NCBI GenBank assembly: GCA_002245135.1
Contig: NGBS01000894.1
Location: 62,001 to 126,000, forward strand
DNA length: 64,000 nt
DNA from: Proteromonas lacertae
Taxonomy: Eukaryota
Direction: 5' to 3'
Part shown: positions 30,001 through 45,000 of the stretch, piece after piece
Numbering within the stretch: position 1 is the first letter of the stretch
Layout of the letters: the number at the start of each line of letters is the position of its first letter
Made by a program: the position numbers and the translations under genes
Notes under the pieces: generated by a model
Seen by the model: the letters and a program-made list of their open reading frames with translations, nothing else
The model's database searches: none
What the model was told of the DNA's origin: nothing

Positions 30001-33000
30001 ATGTAAATAGTGAAATCAAAATGGAAAGTGGAAGTGGTTCTTCAAGTGGTTCAATAATATTTAAAACAGAAAATGTAAAAGATATAAACCATGGAATAAA
30101 ATTTGTTGGTACTGAACTAATCTCAATGAAGAGTGGAAGTGGTAAATCTACAAGTGGTTCAATATCGATCATAAGTGGTGATGGTGGTGAAGAAGGTGGT
30201 AAGATTGAGTTAAGTAGTTCAACGATAAAAATCGAAAGTGGTATTGGAAAATCATCTAGTGGATTAATAAAAGTAACAGCGAAATCAGGTGAAAAGACAA
30301 ATGGTTCAATATTGATGTCTAGTGGAACAATCAAAATAGAAAGTGGAAGTAGTAGTAATACAAGTGGTTCAATTTTAATAAAAGGAAATTCAAAATCATC
30401 AATAGAATTGAATAGTTCCAAGTTAATCGAATTGAAAACCGAAGATGGAAGTGAAAGTGGAGGTGATATAGAAATGTTAAGTGGAAGTGGTGTGACAACA
30501 AGTGGTTCAATATTTTTGAACAGTGTGAATGGATCAATATTATTATTAAGTAACCGTGGTAAAGATACAAGTGGTTTAATTCGTTTAAGTAGTGGTTCAA
30601 TCGAAATATTTGGTGGTAATAAAGATGATAGTGTTGTAAATTTCGAAAGTGGTGATGGTCAAACAAGTGGATCAATAATTTTAACTTCTGGTTCAATAGA
30701 AATATCTACTGGAAGTGCTGATACTGTTGGTTATATAAGCATAAATACTGGTAATGGTAATACAAATAGTGGAAATATAAACTTAAGTGGTGAAACCATT
30801 CAAATTATCGGAGGAACTGCTAGTTATGGAGGATCAATTAATATATTTACAAAAAGTCTTGGTGGATCAATATCATTACTAACTAATTCTGAAGGATCAA
30901 TTTCTATATCTAATGGAGGTGGAAGTGTATCTGGAGGTTCAATATTAATCTCATCTACAAAAACAATTAATATAAATACAGGTGGTGGTTTAACTGCTGG
31001 TTCAATATCGTTTATAACTGGTGATGCTATGACAACATCTGGATCAATATTTATAAGAGAGGCGAAAGAAATAATATTCGATGCATCAGAAGGAGGAAAT
31101 AAATCAGGTTCAATTATTGTAGATTCTAATACAGGTGGATTAATAAATTTGAAAACAGGAAGTGGTAATTCTTCTACAGGTTCAATTATGATTAAAAGTG
31201 GTTCATCTATTTATGGAGGATCAATTAACATTATTACTGATCAAACATATGGCAAAATCAATATAGTTAGTGGTAGTGGAAATACTATTGGTTCAATTGC
31301 TTTTGTAGGTGGAAATAAAGGAGGTGATATAACTATTGATAGTGATGGTTCAATTTCAATAGTTGGTGGTAGTGGAGCCAAAACAAGTGGTTCAATAGTA
31401 ATAAAAGATGATAATGGAACAATAAATTTAGAAGGTGGAACAATCAAATTATTAAGTGGTGCTAGTAGTGATTCAAATGGTGGTTCAATATTATTATCTA
31501 GTTCAACAATTTCAATAAAAAGTGGAAATGGTTCAAGCGTTGGTGAAATTTCAATATCTAGTGGAGAAAATGAAAATAGTACAAGTGGTTCAATGTCAAT
31601 AGACAGTAGTACAATATTAATAAGAATGGGTTCAAGTGGTGTGTCATCTGGAGAAATCTTGATAAAGAGTGGTGATGGTAGTACAACAGGCTCAATAAAA
31701 ATTGAATCCAATAATGGATCAATAAATATAGAAGGTGGAAGTGGAAGTATAGGTGGATTAATAAAAATAGAGAATGTAAATAGTGAAATCAAAATGGAAA
31801 GTGGAAGTGGTTCTTCAAGTGGTTCAATAATATTTAAAACAGAAAATGTAAAAGATATAAACCATGGAATAAAATTTGTTGGTACTGAACTAATCTCAAT
31901 GAAGAGTGGAAGTGGTAAATCTACAAGTGGTTCAATATCGATCATAAGTGGTGATGGTGGTGAAGAAGGTGGTAAGATTGAGTTAAGTAGTTCAACGATA
32001 AAAATCGAAAGTGGTATTGGAAAATCATCTAGTGGATTAATAAAAGTAACAGCGAAATCAGGTGAAAAGACAAATGGTTCAATATTGATGTCTAGTGGAA
32101 CAATCAAAATAGAAAGTGGAAGTAGTAGTAATACAAGTGGTTCAATTTTAATAAAAGGAAATTCAAAATCATCAATAGAATTGAATAGTTCCAAGTTAAT
32201 CGAATTGAAAACCGAAGATGGAAGTGAAAGTGGAGGTGATATAGAAATGTTAAGTGGAAGTGGTGTGACAACAAGTGGTTCAATATTTTTGAACAGTGTG
32301 AATGGATCAATATTATTATTAAGTAACCGTGGTAAAGATACAAGTGGTTTAATTCGTTTAAGTAGTGGTTCAATCGAAATATTTGGTGGTAATAAAGATG
32401 ATGGTAATGGATCAGTGTTATTGAATAGTACCAAAGATCTAATAATGAGTTCTGGATCAATTGAAATTTCCAGTGGAAATGGAAGTACAGTTGGTGATAT
32501 AAAAATAAGTGGAGGATCGATAAATATTTTAAGTAAAGATAGTGATAATACAAACAGTGGAAATATAAAAATCCAATCAGGTGATGGTAAAACAAGTGGT
32601 GAAATCAAGATATCTAGTTCAACTATAAACATTTCAAGTGGATCTAGTTCATTAAATGTAGGTGGATTAATACAATTAAAAAGTGGAAGTGGAACATTTG
32701 GTGGTAAATTGTTAATTGAATCTGTTGAGACGATAGATTTAAAAAGTGGAAGTGGTACAAGTGAAAGTGGTTCAATCGAAATTTCTAGTGGAAGTAGTGA
32801 TAAAGAAAGTGGTTCAATTGAAATTTCCAGTAGTAGTATTAGTTTAATAAGTGGAAGTGGAAAAATAAGTGGATCAATCTTAATAAGAAGTGGTAAAAGC
32901 AGTACAAGTGGTGATATTCATATAAATTCTGCCTCAATTGAGATCGAAAGTGGTGATTATAGTAGTAGTAATAGTGGTGTAATCGAAATTTTGAGTGGAA

Positions 33001-36000
33001 GTGGAAGTGATTTATCTGGTTCAATCTTGTTAGTAAATGAAGAAATATTATTATCAAGTGGTAAAATCGAAATAATAAGTGGAAGTGGTTCAACCAGTGG
33101 TTCAATCGAGATATCTAATAGTGATTTAAAAATGAGTGGTGGAACATTATCAATTGAAGGTGGTAATAGTTCAAATGATATTGGTGGTTCAATAAAACTA
33201 TTGAGTGATAAAATGATAAAACTTGAAAGTGTGAGTAATTTGGGAAGTATTGAAATAATAGGTGGTGATAATAAAGGTTCAAGTGGTGGTTCAATCGACT
33301 TAAAAGATAAAAGTAGTGGAATTCTAGTAGAAACTCAGAATGATGGTTCAATTTCAATAGTTGGTGGTAGTGGAGCCAAAACAAGTGGTTCAATAATAAT
33401 AAAAGATGATAATGGAACAATAAATTTAGAAGGTGGAACAATCAAATTATTAAGTGGTGCTAGTAGTGATTCAAATGGTGGTTCAATATTATTATCTAGT
33501 TCAACAATTTCAATAAAAAGTGGAAATGGTTCAAGCGTTGGTGAAATTTCAATATCTAGTGGAGAAAATGAAAATAGTACAAGTGGTTCAATGTCAATAG
33601 ACAGTAGTACAATATTAATAAGAATGGGTTCAAGTGGTGTGTCATCTGGAGAAATCTTGATAAAGAGTGGTGATGGTAGTACAACAGGCTCAATAAAAAT
33701 TGAATCCAATAATGGATCAATAAATATAGAAGGTGGAAGTGGAAGTATAGGTGGATTAATAAAAATAGAGAATGTAAATAGTGAAATCAAAATGGAAAGT
33801 GGAAGTGGTTCTTCAAGTGGTTCAATAATATTTAAAACAGAAAATGTAAAAGATATAAACCATGGAATAAAATTTGTTGGTACTGAACTAATCTCAATGA
33901 AGAGTGGAAGTGGTAAATCTACAAGTGGTTCAATATCGATCATAAGTGGTGATGGTGGTGAAGAAGGTGGTAAGATTGAGTTAAGTAGTTCAACGATAAA
34001 AATCGAAAGTGGTATTGGAAAATCATCTAGTGGATTAATAAAAGTAACAGCGAAATCAGGTGAAAAGACAAATGGTTCAATATTGATGTCTAGTGGAACA
34101 ATCAAAATAGAAAGTGGAAGTAGTAGTAATACAAGTGGTTCAATTTTAATAAAAGGAAATTCAAAATCATCAATAGAATTGAATAGTTCCAAGTTAATCG
34201 AATTGAAAACCGAAGATGGAAGTGAAAGTGGAGGTGATATAGAAATGTTAAGTGGAAGTGGTGTGACAACAAGTGGTTCAATATTTTTGAACAGTGTGAA
34301 TGGATCAATATTATTATTAAGTAACCGTGGTAAAGATACAAGTGGTTTAATTCGTTTAAGTAGTGGTTCAATCGAAATATTTGGTGGTAATAAAGATGAT
34401 GGTAATGGATCAGTGTTATTGAATAGTACCAAAGATCTAATAATGAGTTCTGGATCAATTGAAATTTCCAGTGGAAATGGAAGTACAGTTGGTGATATAA
34501 AAATAAGTGGAGGATCGATAAATATTTTAAGTAAAGATAGTGATAATACAAACAGTGGAAATATAAAAATCCAATCAGGTGATGGTAAAACAAGTGGTGA
34601 AATCAAGATATCTAGTTCAACTATAAACATTTCAAGTGGATCTAGTTCATTAAATGTAGGTGGATTAATACAATTAAAAAGTGGAAGTGGAACATTTGGT
34701 GGTAAATTGTTAATTGAATCTGTTGAGACGATAGATTTAAAAAGTGGAAGTGGTACAAGTGAAAGTGGTTCAATCGAAATTTCTAGTGGAAGTAGTGATA
34801 AAGAAAGTGGTTCAATTGAAATTTCCAGTAGTAGTATTAGTTTAATAAGTGGAAGTGGAAAAATAAGTGGATCAATCTTAATAAGAAGTGGTAAAAGCAG
34901 TACAAGTGGTGATATTCATATAAATTCTGCCTCAATTGAGATCGAAAGTGGTGATTATAGTAGTAGTAATAGTGGTGTAATCGAAATTTTGAGTGGAAGT
35001 GGAAGTGATTTATCTGGTTCAATCTTGTTAGTAAATGAAGAAATATTATTATCAAGTGGTAAAATCGAAATAATAAGTGGAAGTGGTTCAACCAGTGGTT
35101 CAATCGAGATATCTAATAGTGATTTAAAAATGAGTGGTGGAACATTATCAATTGAAGGTGGTAATAGTTCAAATGATATTGGTGGTTCAATAAAACTATT
35201 GAGTGATAAAATGATAAAACTTGAAAGTGTGAGTAATTTGGGAAGTATTGAAATAATAGGTGGTGATAATAAAGGTTCAAGTGGTGGTTCAATCGACTTA
35301 AAAGATAAAAGTAGTGGAATTCTAGTAGAAACTCAGAATGATGGTTCAATTTCAATAGTTGGTGGTAGTGGAGCCAAAACAAGTGGTTCAATAATAATAA
35401 AAGATGATAATGGAACAATAAATTTAGAAGGTGGAACAATCAAATTATTAAGTGGTGCTAGTAGTGATTCAAATGGTGGTTCAATATTATTATCTAGTTC
35501 AACAATTTCAATAAAAAGTGGAAATGGTTCAAGCGTTGGTGAAATTTCAATATCTAGTGGAGAAAATGAAAATAGTACAAGTGGTTCAATGTCAATAGAC
35601 AGTAGTACAATATTAATAAGAATGGGTTCAAGTGGTGTGTCATCTGGAGAAATCTTGATAAAGAGTGGTGATGGTAGTACAACAGGCTCAATAAAAATTG
35701 AATCCAATAATGGATCAATAAATATAGAAGGTGGAAGTGGAAGTATAGGTGGATTAATAAAAATAGAGAATGTAAATAGTGAAATCAAAATGGAAAGTGG
35801 AAGTGGTTCTTCAAGTGGTTCAATAATATTTAAAACAGAAAATGTAAAAGATATAAACCATGGAATAAAATTTGTTGGTACTGAACTAATCTCAATGAAG
35901 AGTGGAAGTGGTAAATCTACAAGTGGTTCAATATCTTTAATATCTAACGATAATTTGAATGTTATGTCAAATAAAGTTAAAATAATTACTGGAAGCTCAT

Positions 36001-39000
36001 CTGATGAAAGCGGTAGTATATTGCTGTTTAGTAATAATGAATATTCAATTGAATCTTCAATATCTTTACTTCTAAATACTGGTACAGGAACTGTTATATC
36101 AGGTGCATTTATTCTTGGAAATAAAGATTCAAACATTTTAATATATAGTGGAAGCAGTAATATATCTGGTTCTATATCAATAATTTCTAGTGGTTCTAAA
36201 GATAGTACAATTGATATTCAATCTTCTAAATACACTGAAATTTCTAATGCTCTTGACGAAATTATAAATATTAGTAGTGGTAAAGCAAATAATGTTGGTA
36301 GTATACACTTAATTAGTAATGATGTAAATATAAATTCAGACAAATATATAAAACTGGAAACTCAAAGTGATGGTTCAATTTCAATAGTTGGTGGTAGTGG
36401 AGCCAAAACAAGTGGTTCAATAATAATAAAAGATGATAATGGAACAATAAATTTAGAAGGTGGAACAATCAAATTATTAAGTGGTGCTAGTAGTGATTCA
36501 AATGGTGGTTCAATATTATTATCTAGTTCAACAATTTCAATAAAAAGTGGAAATGGTTCAAGCGTTGGTGAAATTTCAATATCTAGTGGAGAAAATGAAA
36601 ATAGTACAAGTGGTTCAATGTCAATAGACAGTAGTACAATATTAATAAGAATGGGTTCAAGTGGTGTGTCATCTGGAGAAATCTTGATAAAGAGTGGTGA
36701 TGGTAGTACAACAGGCTCAATAAAAATTGAATCCAATAATGGATCAATAAATATAGAAGGTGGAAGTGGAAGTATAGGTGGATTAATAAAAATAGAGAAT
36801 GTAAATAGTGAAATCAAAATGGAAAGTGGAAGTGGTTCTTCAAGTGGTTCAATAATATTTAAAACAGAAAATGTAAAAGATATAAACCATGGAATAAAAT
36901 TTGTTGGTACTGAACTAATCTCAATGAAGAGTGGAAGTGGTAAATCTACAAGTGGTTCAATATCGATCATAAGTGGTGATGGTGGTGAAGAAGGTGGTAA
37001 GATTGAGTTAAGTAGTTCAACGATAAAAATCGAAAGTGGTATTGGAAAATCATCTAGTGGATTAATAAAAGTAACAGCGAAATCAGGTGAAAAGACAAAT
37101 GGTTCAATATTGATGTCTAGTGGAACAATCAAAATAGAAAGTGGAAGTAGTAGTAATACAAGTGGTTCAATTTTAATAAAAGGAAATTCAAAATCATCAA
37201 TAGAATTGAATAGTTCCAAGTTAATCGAATTGAAAACCGAAGATGGAAGTGAAAGTGGAGGTGATATAGAAATGTTAAGTGGAAGTGGTGTGACAACAAG
37301 TGGTTCAATATTTTTGAACAGTGTGAATGGATCAATATTATTATTAAGTAACCGTGGTAAAGATACAAGTGGTTTAATTCGTTTAAGTAGTGGTTCAATC
37401 GAAATATTTGGTGGTAATAAAGATGATGGTAATGGATCAGTGTTATTGAATAGTACCAAAGATCTAATAATGAGTTCTGGATCAATTGAAATTTCCAGTG
37501 GAAATGGAAGTACAGTTGGTGATATAAAAATTATTACAACCGACATTAGTAATTCTAGTGATATTGCTCTTAGTGCTTCTAGTTTGACAATTTCTACTCC
37601 TTTAAATTCGCATACAAATTCTGATATCCTATTTAAAATTGGTGAATCTAATGCAGGTGGATCAATATCTTTGTTGGCAGAAAACGAAATTAGCATTAGA
37701 AGTGGATCTGCAAGTACAAGTGGTTATATTCATATTATTACTAGTAATGAAGTTGATGTTGAAACTGGTAATAGTAAAACTAAATCTGGTATTATTTTCT
37801 TTGAAAATGAAAATGCCAGTACTAGTGGTAATATAGTTATTACTGGTACAGAATCTATTATGATTAATACAGGAAGTGGTGAAGTTAGTGGATTTGTAAA
37901 TATTAATAGTAATAATGGAATTTTAGATTTATTTGGAAATACTATAAATATAAACACAGGTAGTGGTAGTATTTCTGGAGATATAATAATTACATCAACA
38001 AGTGGAGGTAGTATATTATTTAATCCAATGAAGGATTTAATTGTTAAACCAAGGACAGCTGCATTTGTTGAATTGAAAACTAAGAATGATGGTTCAATTT
38101 CAATAGTTGGTGGTAGTGGAGCCAAAACAAGTGGTTCAATAGTAATAAAAGATGATAATGGAACAATAAATTTAGAAGGTGGAACAATCAAATTATTAAG
38201 TGGTGCTAGTAGTGATTCAAATGGTGGTTCAATATTATTATCTAGTTCAACAATTTCAATAAAAAGTGGAAATGGTTCAAGCGTTGGTGAAATTTCAATA
38301 TCTAGTGGAGAAAATGAAAATAGTACAAGTGGTTCAATGTCAATAGACAGTAGTACAATATTAATAAGAATGGGTTCAAGTGGTGTGTCATCTGGAGAAA
38401 TCTTGATAAAGAGTGGTGATGGTAGTACAACAGGCTCAATAAAAATTGAATCCAATAATGGATCAATAAATATAGAAGGTGGAAGTGGAAGTATAGGTGG
38501 ATTAATAAAAATAGAGAATGTAAATAGTGAAATCAAAATGGAAAGTGGAAGTGGTTCTTCAAGTGGTTCAATAATATTTAAAACAGAAAATGTAAAAGAT
38601 ATAAACCATGGAATAAAATTTGTTGGTACTGAACTAATCTCAATGAAGAGTGGAAGTGGTAAATCTACAAGTGGTTCAATATCGATCATAAGTGGTGATG
38701 GTGGTGAAGAAGGTGGTAAGATTGAGTTAAGTAGTTCAACGATAAAAATCGAAAGTGGTATTGGAAAATCATCTAGTGGATTAATAAAAGTAACAGCGAA
38801 ATCAGGTGAAAAGACAAATGGTTCAATATTGATGTCTAGTGGAACAATCAAAATAGAAAGTGGAAGTAGTAGTAATACAAGTGGTTCAATTTTAATAAAA
38901 GGAAATTCAAAATCATCAATAGAATTGAATAGTTCCAAGTTAATCGAATTGAAAACCGAAGATGGAAGTGAAAGTGGAGGTGATATAGAAATGTTAAGTG

Positions 39001-42000
39001 GAAGTGGTGTGACAACAAGTGGTTCAATATTTTTGAACAGTGTGAATGGATCAATATTATTATTAAGTAACCGTGGTAAAGATACAAGTGGTTTAATTCG
39101 TTTAAGTAGTGGTTCAATCGAAATATTTGGTGGTAATAAAGATGATGGTAATGGATCAGTGTTATTGAATAGTACCAAAGATCTAATAATGAGTTCTGGA
39201 TCAATTGAAATTTCCAGTGGAAATGGAAGTACAGTTGGTGATATAAAAATAAGTGGAGGATCGATAAATATTTTAAGTAAAGATAGTGATAATACAAACA
39301 GTGGAAATATAAAAATCCAATCAGGTGATGGTAAAACAAGTGGTGAAATCAAGATATCTAGTTCAACTATAAACATTTCAAGTGGATCTAGTTCATTAAA
39401 TGTAGGTGGATTAATACAATTAAAAAGTGGAAGTGGAACATTTGGTGGTAAATTGTTAATTGAATCTGTTGAGACGATAGATTTAAAAAGTGGAAGTGGT
39501 ACAAGTGAAAGTGGTTCAATCGAAATTTCTAGTGGAAGTAGTGATAAAGAAAGTGGTTCAATTGAAATTTCCAGTAGTAGTATTAGTTTAATAAGTGGAA
39601 GTGGAAAAATAAGTGGATCAATCTTAATAAGAAGTGGTAAAAGCAGTACAAGTGGTGATATTCATATAAATTCTGCCTCAATTGAGATCGAAAGTGGTGA
39701 TTATAGTAGTAGTAATAGTGGTGTAATCGAAATTTTGAGTGGAAGTGGAAGTGATTTATCTGGTTCAATCTTGTTAGTAAATGAAGAAATATTATTATCA
39801 AGTGGTAAAATCGAAATAATAAGTGGAAGTGGTTCAACCAGTGGTTCAATCGAGATATCTAATAGTGATTTAAAAATGAGTGGTGGAACATTATCAATTG
39901 AAGGTGGTAATAGTTCAAATGATATTGGTGGTTCAATAAAACTATTGAGTGATAAAATGATAAAACTTGAAAGTGTGAGTAATTTGGGAAGTATTGAAAT
40001 AATAGGTGGTGATAATAAAGGTTCAAGTGGTGGTTCAATCGACTTAAAAGATAAAAGTAGTGGAATTCTAGTAGAAACTCAGAATGATGGTTCAATTTCA
40101 ATAGTTGGTGGTAGTGGAGCCAAAACAAGTGGTTCAATAATAATAAAAGATGATAATGGAACAATAAATTTAGAAGGTGGAACAATCAAATTATTAAGTG
40201 GTGCTAGTAGTGATTCAAATGGTGGTTCAATATTATTATCTAGTTCAACAATTTCAATAAAAAGTGGAAATGGTTCAAGCGTTGGTGAAATTTCAATATC
40301 TAGTGGAGAAAATGAAAATAGTACAAGTGGTTCAATATCCTTAAATGGTAGTACAATATTAATAAGAATGGGTTCAAGTGGAAGTACATCTGGAACAATA
40401 ACAATCGATAGTAAAGATGAATTAAAAGTTGAGTCTAATGGAAATAAGATATCATTACAAAGTGGAAGTGGAAGTACAGGTGGTTTAATAAAATTAAATG
40501 GAAATAATGGAATAATAAAACTAGACAGTTCAACAATAACAATTGAAAGTGGAAGTGGTACAACTAGAAGTGGTTCAATCTATTTAAGTAGTGGTTCAAT
40601 ATCAATAATCAATGGAGAAAAGACAGAAATAACTGGATCTACAATCTTATTATCTGGAACAACTGTAAATATCGAAAGTGGAAGTGGTTCTACCAGTGGT
40701 GAAATAAAAGTAACTGGCACTATTAATATAAATGATTTTGATAAAGTGGATATAAAAAGTGGAAGTAATGGTAATACAAGTGGTATGATAAATTTAAATA
40801 ATAAAGATGAAACAATATCATTTATAGTTGAATCTGATGGAACAATATCTTTAATGAATGGAAGTGGAGCTGATAGTGGATCAATTTTAATTAACCATAC
40901 AAAAATGGAAATGAGTGGTGGTTCAATATTATTAAGTAGTGGTCGTATAAATATAGAATCATCTGATATAACAATAAAAGAGAATGAAGGTAAAGTATTA
41001 TTGTCAAGTGGAACAATAAAAATAAATAGTGCTAAAGATATAAATATAAATTCAAATGCTGAATTATTAGATATAAAGAGTAATAATGGAAATTTAGAAA
41101 TGTCTAGTAAAGATGGTATAATAAAACTTGATAGTTCAACAATTTCAATCGAAAGTGGAAATGGTTCAACTGTTGGTTCAATCTCGATATTCAGTACAGT
41201 CGATACAAGTAGTAGTAGTAGTGGTTCAATATCCTTAAATGGTAGTACAATATTAATAAGAATGGGTTCAAGTGGAAGTACATCTGGAACAATAACAATC
41301 GATAGTAAAGATGAATTAAAAGTTGAGTCTAATGGAAATAAGATATCATTACAAAGTGGAAGTGGAAGTACAGGTGGTTTAATAAAATTAAATGGAAATA
41401 ATGGAATAATAAAACTAGACAGTTCAACAATAACAATTGAAAGTGGAAGTGGTACAACTAGAAGTGGTTCAATCTATTTAAGTAGTGGTTCAATATCAAT
41501 AATCAATGGAGAAAAGACAGAAATAACTGGATCTACAATCTTATTATCTGGAACAACTGTAAATATCGAAAGTGGAAGTGGTTCTACCAGTGGTGAAATA
41601 AAAATATCAAGTGGTTCACTAAATTTAAGTGGAAGTACGATATCAATGAGTGTAGAAAATGATACTATAATAGGAAATAAAAAAGGAACAATAAACTTAG
41701 TTAGTAAATCTTCAATAGACTTAGAATCAATTGATATAACAATAAAAGAGAATGAAGGTAAAGTATTATTGTCAAGTGGAACAATAAAAATAAATAGTGC
41801 TAAAGATATAAATATAAATTCAAATGCTGAATTATTAGATATAAAGAGTAATAATGGAAATTTAGAAATGTCTAGTAAAGATGGTATAATAAAACTTGAT
41901 AGTTCAACAATTTCAATCGAAAGTGGAAATGGTTCAACTGTTGGTTCAATCTCGATATTCAGTACAGTCGATACAAGTAGTAGTAGTAGTGGTTCAATAT

Positions 42001-45000
42001 CCTTAAATGGTAGTACAATATTAATAAGAATGGGTTCAAGTGGAAGTACATCTGGAACAATAACAATCGATAGTAAAGATGAATTAAAAGTTGAGTCTAA
42101 TGGAAATAAGATATCATTACAAAGTGGAAGTGGAAGTACAGGTGGTTTAATAAAATTAAATGGAAATAATGGAATAATAAAACTAGACAGTTCAACAATA
42201 ACAATTGAAAGTGGAAGTGGTACAACTAGAAGTGGTTCAATCTATTTAAGTAGTGGTTCAATATCAATAATCAATGGAGAAAAGACAGAAATAACTGGAT
42301 CTACAATCTTATTATCTGGAACAACTGTAAATATCGAAAGTGGAAGTGGTTCTACCAGTGGTGAAATAAAAATAATGAGTAAAAGCTCATCAATAGAATT
42401 TAGCTCAAAAGATATAACCATAAACGAGAATGAAGGTAAAGTATTATTGTCAAGTGGAACAATAAAAATAAATAGTGCTAAAGATATAAATATAAATTCA
42501 AATGCTGAATTATTAGATATAAAGAGTAATAATGGAAATTTAGAAATGTCTAGTAAAGATGGTATAATAAAACTTGATAGTTCAACAATTTCAATCGAAA
42601 GTGGAAATGGTTCAACTGTTGGTTCAATCTCGATATTCAGTACAGTCGATACAAGTAGTAGTAGTAGTGGTTCAATATCCTTAAATGGTAGTACAATATT
42701 AATAAGAATGGGTTCAAGTGGAAGTACATCTGGAACAATAACAATCGATAGTAAAGATGAATTAAAAGTTGAGTCTAATGGAAATAAGATATCATTACAA
42801 AGTGGAAGTGGAAGTACAGGTGGTTTAATAAAATTAAATGGAAATAATGGAATAATAAAACTAGACAGTTCAACAATAACAATTGAAAGTGGAAGTGGTA
42901 CAACTAGAAGTGGTTCAATCTATTTAAGTAGTGGTTCAATATCAATAATCAATGGAGAAAAGACAGAAATAACTGGATCTACAATCTTATTATCTGGAAC
43001 AACTGTAAATATCGAAAGTGGAAGTGGTTCTACCAGTGGTGAAATAAAAGTAACTGGCACTATTAATATAAATGATTTTGATAAAGTGGATATAAAAAGT
43101 GGAAGTAATGGTAATACAAGTGGTATGATAAATTTAAATAATAAAGATGAAACAATATCATTTATAGTTGAATCTGATGGAACAATATCTTTAATGAATG
43201 GAAGTGGAGCTGATAGTGGATCAATTTTAATTAACCATACAAAAATGGAAATGAGTGGTGGTTCAATATTATTAAGTAGTGGTCGTATAAATATAGAATC
43301 ATCTGATATAACAATAAAAGAGAATGAAGGTAAAGTATTATTGTCAAGTGGAACAATAAAAATAAATAGTGCTAAAGATATAAATATAAATTCAAATGCT
43401 GAATTATTAGATATAAAGAGTAATAATGGAAATTTAGAAATGTCTAGTAAAGATGGTATAATAAAACTTGATAGTTCAACAATTTCAATCGAAAGTGGAA
43501 ATGGTTCAACTGTTGGTTCAATCTCGATATTCAGTACAGTCGATACAAGTAGTAGTAGTAGTGGTTCAATATCCTTAAATGGTAGTACAATATTAATAAG
43601 AATGGGTTCAAGTGGAAGTACATCTGGAACAATAACAATCGATAGTAAAGATGAATTAAAAGTTGAGTCTAATGGAAATAAGATATCATTACAAAGTGGA
43701 AGTGGAAGTACAGGTGGTTTAATAAAATTAAATGGAAATAATGGAATAATAAAACTAGACAGTTCAACAATAACAATTGAAAGTGGAAGTGGTACAACTA
43801 GAAGTGGTTCAATCTATTTAAGTAGTGGTTCAATATCAATAATCAATGGAGAAAAGACAGAAATAACTGGATCTACAATCTTATTATCTGGAACAACTGT
43901 AAATATCGAAAGTGGAAGTGGTTCTACCAGTGGTGAAATAAAAATATCAAGTGGTTCACTAAATTTAAGTGGAAGTACGATATCAATGAGTGTAGAAAAT
44001 GATACTATAATAGGAAATAAAAAAGGAACAATAAACTTAGTTAGTAAATCTTCAATAGACTTAGAATCAATTGATATAACAATAAAAGAGAATGAAGGTA
44101 AAGTATTATTGTCAAGTGGAACAATAAAAATAAATAGTGCTAAAGATATAAATATAAATTCAAATGCTGAATTATTAGATATAAAGAGTAATAATGGAAA
44201 TTTAGAAATGTCTAGTAAAGATGGTATAATAAAACTTGATAGTTCAACAATTTCAATCGAAAGTGGAAATGGTTCAACTGTTGGTTCAATCTCGATATTC
44301 AGTACAGTCGATACAAGTAGTAGTAGTAGTGGTTCAATATCCTTAAATGGTAGTACAATATTAATAAGAATGGGTTCAAGTGGAAGTACATCTGGAACAA
44401 TAACAATCGATAGTAAAGATGAATTAAAAGTTGAGTCTAATGGAAATAAGATATCATTACAAAGTGGAAGTGGAAGTACAGGTGGTTTAATAAAATTAAA
44501 TGGAAATAATGGAATAATAAAACTAGACAGTTCAACAATAACAATTGAAAGTGGAAGTGGTACAACTAGAAGTGGTTCAATCTATTTAAGTAGTGGTTCA
44601 ATATCAATAATCAATGGAGAAAAGACAGAAATAACTGGATCTACAATCTTATTATCTGGAACAACTGTAAATATCGAAAGTGGAAGTGGTTCTACCAGTG
44701 GTGAAATAAAAATAATGAGTAAAAGCTCATCAATAGAATTTAGCTCAAAAGATATAACCATAAACGAGAATGAAGGTAAAGTATTATTGTCAAGTGGAAC
44801 AATAAAAATAAATAGTGCTAAAGATATAAATATAAATTCAAATGCTGAATTATTAGATATAAAGAGTAATAATGGAAATTTAGAAATGTCTAGTAAAGAT
44901 GGTATAATAAAACTTGATAGTTCAACAATTTCAATCGAAAGTGGAAATGGTTCAACTGTTGGTTCAATCTCGATATTCAGTACAGTCGATACAAGTAGTA

